Shown: piece after piece, positions 38,936 to 48,659 of the stretch
How positions within the stretch are numbered: position 1 is the first letter of the stretch
How the letters are laid out: each line of letters begins with the position of its first letter
From: an uncultured Gammaproteobacteria bacterium
GTDB taxonomy: Bacteria; Pseudomonadota; Gammaproteobacteria; Steroidobacterales; Rariloculaceae
Direction of reading: 5' to 3'
Assembly: GCA_963810755.1 (NCBI GenBank)
Contig: CAWEOP010000003.1
Span: 801,395 to 865,394 of the forward strand
DNA: 64,000 nucleotides
Translations under genes and position numbers: made by a program
The notes under the pieces: generated by a model
Database searches by the model: none
Told to the model about the DNA's origin: nothing
The model's input: only the letters and a program-made list of their open reading frames with translations

Positions 38936-41900
38936 ATGGCTGACAGGCACGAAAACGAAGAACAAAGCCTGACTCTCGGTATCGCCGGATTTCGCTACGA
39001 GGACCTTTCGAGACCCGAGGGGCTGAAGCGCCTGCACGATACGTTCGTCGCGGAGCTCGCTGAAACGTCCGCGGGCCTGCACCGGGAATATCAGGACTAT
39101 CGCAGCTGTCGCGGCGAAGGCATGACTCCGGTCGCCGTGTCCGATCTCCTCGTCAGATTGGCACCGCGCGTCGGCGAATTCGTCGCGCGGCTGTTCGACG
39201 TGTCGGCGGAGCGTGAGCGTCAGCGCGCAGCCATCCAGCGCGAGCTCGACTCGGTCTTCGTGTTTCGTAACGCGATCGTCGGCGAGCTAGCGAAGCACTT
39301 CAAAGGCGTCGATGCTCACGCCTGGGACGCGGCCGCCGTGCAAAGCCGAGCTCGAGCTCCTGATCCAAAGCGGGTTTCCGGATCTAGCCGATGACCCGGA
39401 TCAGGAACTCCGTATTGCGGCAACGGCCGCGCGATTGTGGCGCTGGGCGAACGCGGCTGCGGGCGACGATGCGGACGCTGCTCGCGCGGCCGTTCGGGGG
39501 CTGCGCGCTCGACTCGGTGCCGACGGCCGAGCCGCCGCGGCGTTTGCAGCGGCGATGCAGCTGCACCGACGGCGAGCTCGTCGCGGCTCTGCTCGAGGTC
39601 GTCCGGCGCTGGTCGCATCTCGCGCACGTCGATCCGGAGCTGGCGAGGACCGTCGCGAATTGGGTCAGCTTCAAGGAGCCAGAGAAGACGAATTTCGACT
39701 CGTTGGTGCCGCACGAGATCGAGACGCGCGACGGCTACGCGGTCTGGAAGGGGCGTGCGGAGACGCGTCGTCGCCGCGATGGTTTCGCGTTGACCGATGA
39801 GCGTCACGGCTTGCGGCATGTCCTCTACGAGATCGATCACTGCATCTATTGCCACGACCGCGATACCGATTCGTGCTCCAAGGGCATGCGCAATCGCAAG
39901 GACGGCAGCTACAAGGTCAATCCGCTCGGCGTCAACATCACCGGCTGCCCGCTCGAAGAGAAGATCTCCGAGATGCACCTCGTCAAACGGCAGGGCGACA
40001 ACATCGGCGCGCTCGCTCTGATCGTCATCGACAATCCGATGTGCCCGGGCACCGGGCATCGCATCTGCAACGACTGCATGAAGGGCTGCATCTATCAAAA
40101 GACGCAGCCCGTCGACATCCCGCAGATCGAGACGAGCGTGCTGACCGACGTCCTGTTCATGCCCTATGGGTTCGAGATCTACAGCTTGCTCACGCGCTGG
40201 AATCCCCTGAACGTACGTCGTCCCTATGCGTTGCCGTATCACGGAACGAATGCGCTGGTCGTGGGTCTCGGGCCGGCGGGCTATACGCTCGCGCACTATC
40301 TCTTGAACGAGGGGTTCGGCGTCGTCGGCGTCGACGCGCTGAAGATCGAGCCTTTGCCGGCCGAGCTCGTCGGCGACGGCGAGCACGCGCCAAGGCCGAT
40401 CAGGGATTTCAAAGCACTCTACGACGATCTCGACAAGCGCATGCTGGCCGGATTCGGCGGCGTTGCCGAGTACGGCATTACGGTGCGCTGGGACAAGAAT
40501 TTCCTGAAGGTCATTTATCTCGTTCTCGCGCGCCGCCAGAGTTTCCGCTGCTATGGCGGCGTGCGTTTCGGCGGAACATTGACGATCGAGGACGCATGGG
40601 AGCTCGGTTTCGATCACATCGCGATCGCGACGGGCGCCGGTAAGCCGACGATCATCGATCTCGAGAACAATTTGATTCGCGGGATCCGCAAGGCGTCGGA
40701 TTTTCTGATGGCGCTGCAGCTGACGGGCGCCGCGAAGATGTCGTCGCTCGCCAATCTGCAGGTACGCCTGCCTGCCGGCGTCATCGGCGGCGGCTTGACC
40801 GCGATCGATACGGCGACCGAGCTCATGGCCTACTATCCGATCCAAGTCGAAAAACTTCTGAAGCGATACGAGCAGATCTGCGCCGGTCGCGATGAAGCGG
40901 AGCTGCGCCGCGGTTTCGATGCGGAAGAACTGGAGATCCTCGACGAATTCCTCGGACACGGACGCGAAATTCGTAACGAACGTCAGCGCGCCGCAGCGAG
41001 CGGTGAAGAGCCGGACTTTCAGCCGCTGATCGATCGCTGGGGCGGCGTCACGCTTTTCTACCGCAAGGGTATCGATCAGGCGCCCGCCTATCGACAGAAT
41101 CACGAGGAGATCGCCAAGGCCCTGGAAGAAGGGATCGGCCTCGCCGAAGGCATGAATCCGCTCGTCGCCATCGCAGACGACTACGGCCACCTCTGCGCGA
41201 TGCGGTTCGAGAAGGCGTCAAAGTCCGATGATGACGGAACCGTCGCCGGCGACAAAGTCGACGTCCCGCTCCGCAGCCTGTACGTCGCGGCCGGCACGTC
41301 GCCGAACACCATCTATGAGCAGGAGCACCCCGGCACGTTCCAGATGGACGGCAAGTTCTTCCAGCGCTACGAGCCGCGCTGGCTCGATCGCGAGATCGCG
41401 CTCGAGCCCATGCACGACACGCGCTGGCCCAAGATCGGCAGACCGGCGCCGCTGACGTCCTATGCCAAGGACGGTAGATACATCAGCATCTATGGCGACA
41501 ATCATCCCGTCTATGCCGGCAATGTCGTCAAGGCGATGGCCAGCGCCAAGGACGGATATCCGTGGGTCGTGAAGCTGCACGAAGCCAAGATCGGCGCTGC
41601 CGATGCGGATCGGCAGCGCGATCGCGACGCCGCGCTGCGCGCTCTCTTTGCCCGGCTGGACGATCTGCTGATCGCGACCGTCGTGGCCGTCAAGCGGCTG
41701 ACGCCGACGATCGTAGAGGTCATTGCTCGTGCGCCGACCGCTGCGAAAGGCTTCGCGCCCGGCCGCTTCTACCGAGTTCAGAGTTTCGAGAGCAGCGCGC
41801 CGCGGATCGACGATACGGTTCTCGTAACCGAGGGACTTGCGCTGACCGGCGCCTGGGTCGACAAGGAACGAGGGCTGATTTCACTGATCGCGCTCGAGAT

Positions 41901-42651
41901 GGGAACGTCATCGCGTCTCTGCGCCGAGTGGCAGCCCGGCGATCGGATCATCGTGATGGGGGCCACGGGCACGCCGACGGAGATTCCGTCGGGCAAGACC
42001 GTGCTTCTCGCAGGCGGCGGCCTCGGCAATGCGGTGCTGTTCTCGATCGGCAAGGCGATGCGGGCGGCCGGCAACCGCGTGATCTATTTTGCGGGCTACC
42101 GCGACGCCGGCGGCTTGTTCAAGGCCGAGGAGGTCGAAGCCGCGGCAGACGTCGTCGTCTGGGCCGTCGATCGCGCGCCCGGCGTGCGGCCTCTAGCGAC
42201 GCATCGGCCGCAGGACTTGAGCTGCATCGGCAATATTCTCGACGCGATGGAGGCCTACGCGAAGGGCGAGCTCGGGCCGCAGACGATTCGGCTCGATGAA
42301 GTCGATCATCTCGTCGCGATCGGATCCGACCGCATGATGGCCGCCGTGAAGGAAGCCCGTCATGGGCGACTGAAACCGTATTTGAAGCCCGGGCACATGG
42401 CGATTGGTTCGATCAACTCGCCCATGCAATGCATGATGAAAGGCATCTGCGCGCAATGCCTCTGCAAGCAGATCGACCCCGATAGCGGTGAGGAGTACTT
42501 CGTGTACTCCTGCTACAACCAGGACCAGGAGCTCGACCGCGTCGACTTCGAAAACTTGAACGCGCGGCTCCGCCAAAACTCCGTTCAGGAAAAACTCTCC
42601 AACCGGTGGCTGGATCTGCTGCTGGAGCGCGACAGGATCGGCCGGGCTTGA
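38936..42651 (+). pseudogene. about 1238-aa multidomain flavoprotein: unknown N-domain + GltD/NfnB-like FeS/FAD/NAD(P) module + PyrK/NfnA-like FNR module with C-terminal 2Fe-2S; frame broken twice
   Basis: ORFs 38936..39394, 39312..39800 and 39391..42651 join at about 39340 and about 39565. The Cys-rich HCIYCHDRDTDSCSKG...CPGTGHRICNDCMKGC is followed by two Rossmann motifs (VVGLGPAGYTLA, VIGGGLTAIDTA). Then comes an FNR-like domain (FAPGRFYRVQ, LLAGGGLGNAVLFSIG) and CMMKGICAQCLCK...YSC. Confidence 0.8.
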
Positions 42652-42740
42652 CGCGTACCCGCCGGCCACGGGCGGCACCGGCCCGAGCAGACTCTTCTGC
42701 GCCAGATCCTCGAGCAGCACTACCTGCCGAGGACGCGAGC

Positions 42741-43187
42741 CTATTTCAGGTTCGCGACCTGCATCGTTTCTGAACCGAGCACGCGCCGCAGCTTGCCGCG
42801 ATCGACCGCCGCCTGACTTTGGGCCGCGACGGAGCCTTCGACCTGTTTGGCGATCTCGTCATTCTTGGCCATTGCGCCGTCGAGGGCCGCCCAGTTCTTG
42901 TAAGTGATGACCAAGTAGACATCCGCGTCATTCTCCGTGCGCGGCTCGGCCACGAGCACCTGGTAGTCGACGATATAGCCGGCTTTCTTCGCCGCTTCCT
43001 GGGAAGTTTTCCAGGTCGTGTCCAGGTATTTCATGTAGTCATCGAACTTACCGTATTCGGTCCGAATCCTGGCTACATTCACGATTTCGCCTTCGGTGTA
43101 GGCGTGGTCGTCGGCGAGGGCGGTCGTGCAGATCACGCTCAAAGATCCGAACGCGGCCAACGCCGCGGATCGCAAGGTCGTTCGCAT
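42741..43187 (-). CDS. secreted hypothetical protein (148 aa)
   Basis: It has the signal peptide MRTTLRSAALAAFGSLSVICTTALA and an intact ORF with typical codon bias. I recognise no family. Confidence 0.6.
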   Translation of the reverse strand: MRTTLRSAALAAFGSLSVICTTALADDHAYTEGEIVNVARIRTEYGKFDDYMKYLDTTWKTSQEAAKKAGYIVDYQVLVAEPRTENDADVYLVITYKNWAALDGAMAKNDEIAKQVEGSVAAQSQAAVDRGKLRRVLGSETMQVANLK

Positions 43188-43434
43188 TTTGTTCCCCTTT
43201 CGGTAGACGTTGTTATTGGTGAAGGAGGGCGGCGAGTCCGGGTGGAAGCGGGCCGCGCTATCGGCTCGACGGGACGCTACGCCCCCCCTTGGCGCGCGTC
43301 AAACGTCCGCGCTGTGACTGAGCTATCCGTAGGTCTCGCGTTCGCGTCGGCGCAACTCTTTCGAGAAACGCTCGGCCAACTCGGGGTTGCACTCGACGAC
43401 GTTCTGCCGGTGCAGGCTTCCTGAGCGCGTGTCG

Positions 43435-44562
43435 CTATTCCTTTGCGAACGAGAAGCCCTTGGCCGCGGCCACTTCGCGGATCCCTTCGAGGATCGCGGC
43501 GTCGAGGCCGTCTGCAGTGCCGTCACTCTTCTGCTCCGCGATGTAGCGACTGCGCTCGGCGGCGAGCTCGCTGATCTGACGCTGCATCGTCTCGCGGCGC
43601 TCAGTTGTTTCGAGCACGTACGCTTCGCGCTTTTCGGGCTCCATCGCCTGCATCTCGGCCGGTAGCTCGGCGGCTGGAATGTCCGCGAGTGCTTTGCCCG
43701 ACTGCACGGCGTCCACGAGATCCCACTCGGAGCGATAAAGCGCACCGGCCTTCGCGACCGTGCGGCTTGCCGCCGCCGCCGGACTCATCGCCGCGGCGTT
43801 GCTGTCCTGCGCGACTTGATTCGCCCGACCGCTCTCGCCGGCGTTGCCGAACGCGATGTAGGTGGAGTTGAGCTCGTCGTTGAGTGCCGCGAGGCGCGCG
43901 TCGAACGGCGTCGCGACGTTCGCGACCGCGGCCGCGCTTTGATCGATGCTCGCGTAGAGGCCGTTCGTGCTCGCCGCAACCCGCTGCCAGCCGCGTGCGT
44001 CGGCGTCATTGTCGCTGCCGCAGAAGATCGCGTTGACGACGATGCCCCGGCGCGCCGCCGCTCTGGTCGCCCCGTCGAGGGTCAGCTGCGGATCTTGCTC
44101 GGCGGACTCGTTGCCGGCGACGAACACGACTTGTAGCGCGTCCGGATGTTGGCTCCATTGCAGTTTGTCGAGCGACGTTTGAATCGCACGCGCGACGTAC
44201 TCGTCGCCGCCGTCGGTCTGGAACGCGAACAGCGTGGCGTTCACGGCGTCGAGATCGGCCGTGAACGGCAGATCGACGCGCACATAGCCCGATTGCTGGC
44301 CGTAGCTAGGCCGGCCGTAGCTCAAAATCGCTACGCGTAACGCGGGGATGGGGCGCGCTTGCGCGAGCTCGTTCGTGATGTCCCAGAGCCGCTGTTTGGC
44401 CGATTCGATCAAGCCGTCCATCGAGCTGCTGACGTCGAGCGCGATCACGAGGTCGACGTCGCGCCGCGCGGCGTCGGTCGCGACGCTCTCGGCGTAGGCG
44501 TTCGTAGAGGCTGCACAGACCGCTAGCGCGGCGAGGCTGGTGAGTGTGTTAGCCCGAAGCAT
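43435..44562 (-). CDS. secreted von Willebrand factor A (VWA) domain protein
   Basis: It has a signal peptide, a MIDAS DVSSSM motif, and TDGGDE / VFVAGNE blocks. Confidence 0.8.
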   Translation of the reverse strand: MLRANTLTSLAALAVCAASTNAYAESVATDAARRDVDLVIALDVSSSMDGLIESAKQRLWDITNELAQARPIPALRVAILSYGRPSYGQQSGYVRVDLPFTADLDAVNATLFAFQTDGGDEYVARAIQTSLDKLQWSQHPDALQVVFVAGNESAEQDPQLTLDGATRAAARRGIVVNAIFCGSDNDADARGWQRVAASTNGLYASIDQSAAAVANVATPFDARLAALNDELNSTYIAFGNAGESGRANQVAQDSNAAAMSPAAAASRTVAKAGALYRSEWDLVDAVQSGKALADIPAAELPAEMQAMEPEKREAYVLETTERRETMQRQISELAAERSRYIAEQKSDGTADGLDAAILEGIREVAAAKGFSFAKE

Positions 44563-44691
44563 TGGTCGTCTCCATACGGGTGAACGTTGGGCGACATGCT
44601 GCGCGCGGCGGTTGAAGGGCTCCAGGCGCGAAACGGCAAAAGTTTGCGCCGTCTTTTTACGTGCGCTTTACACGCTGGCGTACGCGTGTTC

Positions 44692-45591
44692 CTAAGGACG
44701 TGACAGCATGCCGAGCAACGTACGCGCAGCGCGGGGCCACCACGGAGCGCTTACCCAGCCGTCGGCGGCGGAGGTCGCGAATGTCCGTAGCGCGAGCGGC
44801 GTGCGACCTGCGCGCCGATACAGCGTCGCGAGGGTCAGGGCGCAGATCGCATGCCGTTGCCGGCAGATACCGCGAAGCCGCTGGTTCAGGCTGGCCCCAT
44901 GTTTGGCATACAGCCGCATCCATCCTTCGTACGCACCCATGCGATCCTGGCTGTAGTTGTCGAGATGCACTCGCACGCAGGCGAGCGGCTCGGCGAATGC
45001 GGCGACTTCGCTCCGCATTGCGAGGCGCAGCCATAGGTCGTAGTCCTCGCAAAAGCGTTGCTGCTCGTCGAACGCGCCGGCCTCGAGCACGAGATCGCGC
45101 TCCGCTATCACCGAGGGCGTCGCGATCAGCGCTTCTAGCCGCAGAAGCGGCTCGACGATGTCGCCGTCGAGTGCGCGCCATGGCTTGACTCCTGCCGACG
45201 CGGCGTCATTCCCCTCGACGTCGATGCGGCGCACCTGCGTGTAGCTCCAGCGCCGCGATGGCGTAGCCCTCATCAGGGCGAGCTGGCGTTCGAGTTTGTG
45301 CGGCAGCCACAGGTCGTCGGAATCGAGAAAGGCGAGAAACTTGCCCGATGCCGCGCGGATCGCCGCGTTGCGCACCACGGAAGGATTGCCGGAATGCTCC
45401 AGCGAGAGAACGCGAATGCGTTGTTCGCGGAGCTCGCTCAGAAATGCGCGTGTCTCGCCGTCGGAGCCGTCGTCGGCAATGATCAACTCCCAGTCCGTCA
45501 GCGTTTGGGCGCGAACGGACGCGACGGCCGCGCGCAGGTATGTCGGCCGGTTGTATGCCGGCAGGATCACCGAAGCGAGTGGGTACGCCAC
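44692..45591 (-). CDS. family 2 glycosyltransferase
   Basis: SVILPAYNRPTYLRAAVASVRAQT, IIADDGSDGET and FLDSDDLW (DxD). Confidence 0.85.
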   Translation of the reverse strand: MAYPLASVILPAYNRPTYLRAAVASVRAQTLTDWELIIADDGSDGETRAFLSELREQRIRVLSLEHSGNPSVVRNAAIRAASGKFLAFLDSDDLWLPHKLERQLALMRATPSRRWSYTQVRRIDVEGNDAASAGVKPWRALDGDIVEPLLRLEALIATPSVIAERDLVLEAGAFDEQQRFCEDYDLWLRLAMRSEVAAFAEPLACVRVHLDNYSQDRMGAYEGWMRLYAKHGASLNQRLRGICRQRHAICALTLATLYRRAGRTPLALRTFATSAADGWVSAPWWPRAARTLLGMLSRP

Positions 45592-45598
45592 CGCGATC

Positions 45599-46342
45599 CT
45601 ACGAGCGCCTCCAGACGGCGACGCGGCTCTCGAGCCAGTGCGGCGGCGCCCAGGCGCGCCGTTGACGCGAGCGGTAGCTCAGGAACGTCGGGATCAGGGA
45701 AGGGTGGCGGAGCAGCCCGAGCGCTAGTTGCTTGCGGTGCCTGCGCTGTTCATCGGGAGCGGGTGGATCGAGGCGCATCACAACGAGCTCGGAAAAACCC
45801 GCGTCGCGAAGCGACTTCCCCCACGTGGCCGACGTTACGGGCTCCTTGGACGCCATCGGAATCCCGAAGATCTGCTTCGTTTGGTCGTGGATGAGCGCGG
45901 TGACGTCCGGTTTGGCGGCGTCGGTCCAGAACATCTCAGCGAATCCGAAGAGACCGCCCGGGCGAAGCAAGCGGTGCGCCTTGGCGAGGCTGCTCGGAAC
46001 ATCGAAAGCGTAGAAGACACTCTCGCTGATCAGCGCGTCGTAGGAGCCGTCGGAAGCCTCGAAGGTCTCGAACGGCGTCGAGCCCGCTTCGATGCGCAGG
46101 CGCTTCCTCAGGATCCCGCACAAGGTCGGGTTCGGCTCGATAGCCGTCACCGCGAAGCCAGATTGCAGCAGGCGCTGAGTCGTATTGCCGATGCCCGCGC
46201 CCACCTCGAGAACCCGACTGACGCCGTGTTTGCGCAACTCCGCCAGGAGAAAGCTCGAGGAGGCCTGTCCCCCGGGATGAAGATCGCCGACGCCCAGGCG
46301 AGCCATCATCTCGTGATATGCCACCCGGTGCGTGAACGCCAT
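45599..46342 (-). CDS. class I SAM-dependent methyltransferase
   Basis: ORF 45599..46420. ATG 46342 avoids overlap with the upstream gene. Motif I is VLEVGAGIGNTT, and the post-I/II blocks are present (LRPGGLF). Confidence 0.8.
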   Translation of the reverse strand: MAFTHRVAYHEMMARLGVGDLHPGGQASSSFLLAELRKHGVSRVLEVGAGIGNTTQRLLQSGFAVTAIEPNPTLCGILRKRLRIEAGSTPFETFEASDGSYDALISESVFYAFDVPSSLAKAHRLLRPGGLFGFAEMFWTDAAKPDVTALIHDQTKQIFGIPMASKEPVTSATWGKSLRDAGFSELVVMRLDPPAPDEQRRHRKQLALGLLRHPSLIPTFLSYRSRQRRAWAPPHWLESRVAVWRRS

Positions 46343-46376
46343 CAACTGCGACCCGGATCTGCCGGGCCTGGCGCGG

Positions 46377-47240
46377 CTAGCTCTGGTTCCACTCCACGAG
46401 CGGCGCGTCTTTCGCTTCACGCTCGTAGAACCACTTGAGCCCGAGCGCCGCTTCCTTGCTCAAGATCGTGGTCTTGAAGCTCCGCCACGCCTGAATCTCG
46501 AAGTAGTCGAGCGGACCGTCCAGAGCGTTGAGCCGATGCGGCACGCCCGGGGGGAAATAGACGAGAGTGCCGGGCTCGATCGCCTGCGACGTTTCGCCGA
46601 CGTCGACTTTGCCGCGCCCCTTGAACGTCATGTAGACGTGATCCGCTCCATTCGGGTTCGCGTCGGTGCCCTTGTGCATGTGATAAGGCGATGCGCCGCC
46701 GTCGTTGTAGTGCATCTCGCCCGCCTGGATGGCGTTGGTCGACGTCAGCCGGCTGCCGTCGAGCAGCCTGACGCTCGACTCCGCGCAGAAGCGGCGCACA
46801 CGGCCGCCGCTCGCATCGCTCAAGCCGCGCAGCTTCTTGCGGTTGAAGAAGTACCCGGGCCCGCCGGGCAGATCGCCCTCGACGGCGGCCGGCGGCTTCG
46901 GCGTGACGGTGTGCAACAGCTCCAGATCCGACCCGACGGCTTCGAATCGCGCCGATTCGCCCGGTACGAGCAGCACGCCTGCGCCGTCCTCGGCCTTGTG
47001 CGATTCATCGTCGAAATACAAGACGCCCTTCGATGAGCCCCGCATGACATAGACGATGTGATAGTTCTTGCCCGCGTCGACCGTGAACGTCCGGCCTTTG
47101 GAGATCGTTCGCCGATAGACGGTCAGGTTCTTCGATCCGCACAGACTCGGGCTGCAAATCGTCCGTTCCAAACCGGACTCGACGGGCTTGGCCTCGGCGG
47201 TGTTCGAATCGATGATGGAAACGTCGCTGATCGTCGGCAT
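46377..47240 (-). CDS. bicupin-like protein
   Basis: ORF 46377..47288. ATG 47240 lies 9 nt after GAGGAG. It has two cupin-like halves (HIVYVMRG...VLLVPGE and YHMHKG...HVYMTFKG...LVYFPPGVPH). Confidence 0.7.
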   Translation of the reverse strand: MPTISDVSIIDSNTAEAKPVESGLERTICSPSLCGSKNLTVYRRTISKGRTFTVDAGKNYHIVYVMRGSSKGVLYFDDESHKAEDGAGVLLVPGESARFEAVGSDLELLHTVTPKPPAAVEGDLPGGPGYFFNRKKLRGLSDASGGRVRRFCAESSVRLLDGSRLTSTNAIQAGEMHYNDGGASPYHMHKGTDANPNGADHVYMTFKGRGKVDVGETSQAIEPGTLVYFPPGVPHRLNALDGPLDYFEIQAWRSFKTTILSKEAALGLKWFYEREAKDAPLVEWNQS

Positions 47241-47324
47241 CTTTATTTTCTCCTCACGAGTCTGCGGTTCTAGATTTCGTACCGGCACGCGGCGGCAGCG
47301 CTATCGTGCGCGAGACGGTGGCTC

Positions 47325-48596
47325 CTAATCGCTCTTGGGCTTGTGGCTGCCTGCGACGGAGTACAACACCGACGTTTTGCGGGTCTTCTGATAGTCCTCT
47401 AGAGACTCACCGCGCATGGCGGCGTAGATCTTTTGATTCGGTACGCCGACGGCGGCAGCGAGCTTTTCCAAGATGAAGAAGATCACGCCGTAGCGGATGA
47501 GCGCGCGCCAGTCGAGGCGCCGCACCATGTCCTTCTCTTCTTCCGTGAGGCCGCCCCTCACGTACGAGCCTTCGCGATCGTACAGGAACCGGCCCCGCAG
47601 CTCCGGCTGGATGATGCCGTGGAGATACTTGTTGAGGCGATACGCCCTCGTGCTGCTCTCGAACGTAAATGGATAGGAGCCCTCGATTTTCGACACGCCC
47701 TCGTACTCGCGCCGGGCTCTTGCGAAATGGGCTTCGGGACTCTCGCCTTCGTCGTCCTCGGATAGATCCTCGTAGATCACGGTCGCCGTAGCGGTCATCG
47801 ACGGGAGGCAATAGGACTGATGCACCTTGCGTACTTTCGGCGTCAGGGCGCCACGCATGACGAGCCACATGACGACTTCCGCGCCCTCGATGCCGCCGCG
47901 CTTCGCGAAGTCCGCAATGGACAGCTCGGTCAGCTTTTCGGGGTCCTTCTCGAGGAGCTCGAGAAACTCCATGTCCCACTCGGTATTGTTGAAGCCTGCG
48001 CGCTCGCCGCTGACCTGATGGGAGAGGCCGCCGGTGCCGACGATCGCGACTTTGAGATCCTCGGGAAAGCTCTGAATCGCCTTGCGCAGCGAGCGGCCGA
48101 GCGCGAAACAGCGCCGGGCCGTCGGGATCGGAAACTGCAGCACGCCGACTTGGAGCGGCACGAGGGCCACGGGCCACTCGTGCTCGTGCGGCAGCATGAT
48201 GGACAGCGGCGAGAACACGCCGTGGTCGAGACCCTTCGACTGAAAGAACGAGAGATCGAACTCGTCTGCGACGAGCCCATTCGCGATGTGCTTCGCGAGC
48301 GCCGGATGTCCCTTGATCGCGGGCAACGGCCGCGGACCTCCGCCTTCGTCCGCGACTGCGAACGTTTCCGCGAAGCCGAGCGCGAAGTTGGAATAGTGGT
48401 CGAAGAAGAACGAGGTGACGTGATCGTTATAGACGAAGAACAGCACGTCGGGGGCCTTCTCCTTGAGCCACGCTTGCACCGGAGCGAAGCCCTCGAAGAT
48501 CGGCGCCCAGATCGGATCGTCGGGCTTTTGCGTGTCGAACGCGAAAGCGATCGCAGGCGTATGTGAGGCGGCGATTCCACCTACTATCGTCGCCAA
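47325..48596 (-). CDS. gallate-dioxygenase-type extradiol dioxygenase (LigB-like N-domain fused to LigA-like C-domain)
   Basis: A TTG start after GGAG. The 423-aa protein has a class III extradiol core (GIAASHTP, VYNDH, DHG, GTGGLSHQ) and a C-terminal ~120 aa LigA-like region (YRLNKYL...LDWRALIRYGVIFFILEKLAA). Size and fusion architecture match GalA/DesB-type gallate dioxygenases as I recall them. Confidence 0.8.
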   Translation of the reverse strand: MATIVGGIAASHTPAIAFAFDTQKPDDPIWAPIFEGFAPVQAWLKEKAPDVLFFVYNDHVTSFFFDHYSNFALGFAETFAVADEGGGPRPLPAIKGHPALAKHIANGLVADEFDLSFFQSKGLDHGVFSPLSIMLPHEHEWPVALVPLQVGVLQFPIPTARRCFALGRSLRKAIQSFPEDLKVAIVGTGGLSHQVSGERAGFNNTEWDMEFLELLEKDPEKLTELSIADFAKRGGIEGAEVVMWLVMRGALTPKVRKVHQSYCLPSMTATATVIYEDLSEDDEGESPEAHFARARREYEGVSKIEGSYPFTFESSTRAYRLNKYLHGIIQPELRGRFLYDREGSYVRGGLTEEEKDMVRRLDWRALIRYGVIFFILEKLAAAVGVPNQKIYAAMRGESLEDYQKTRKTSVLYSVAGSHKPKSD

Positions 48597-48641
48597 ATCA
48601 AGACTCCGTCGAAAATGTAAGGACTGAATTATAGGGTATTC

Positions 48642-48658
48642 GGACCCCTTTGGGGCCC
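48642..48658 (-). terminator. short GC hairpin immediately after the DUF885 stop
   Basis: The minus-strand RNA GGGCCCC-AAA-GGGGUCC forms 7 bp (one G-U). There is no U-tract. A TATAAT (48628-48633, minus) follows, about 32 nt upstream of the dioxygenase TTG. Confidence 0.3.
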
Positions 48659-48659
48659 G

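Noticed and set aside
43323-43434. A short minus-strand reading frame ...NPELAERFSKELRRRERETYG-stop downstream of the VWA gene (the tail of ORF 43323..43745).
   Set aside because: The bulk of that ORF overlaps the VWA gene in another frame. The free part has no ATG/GTG with an RBS and is only about 30 codons.
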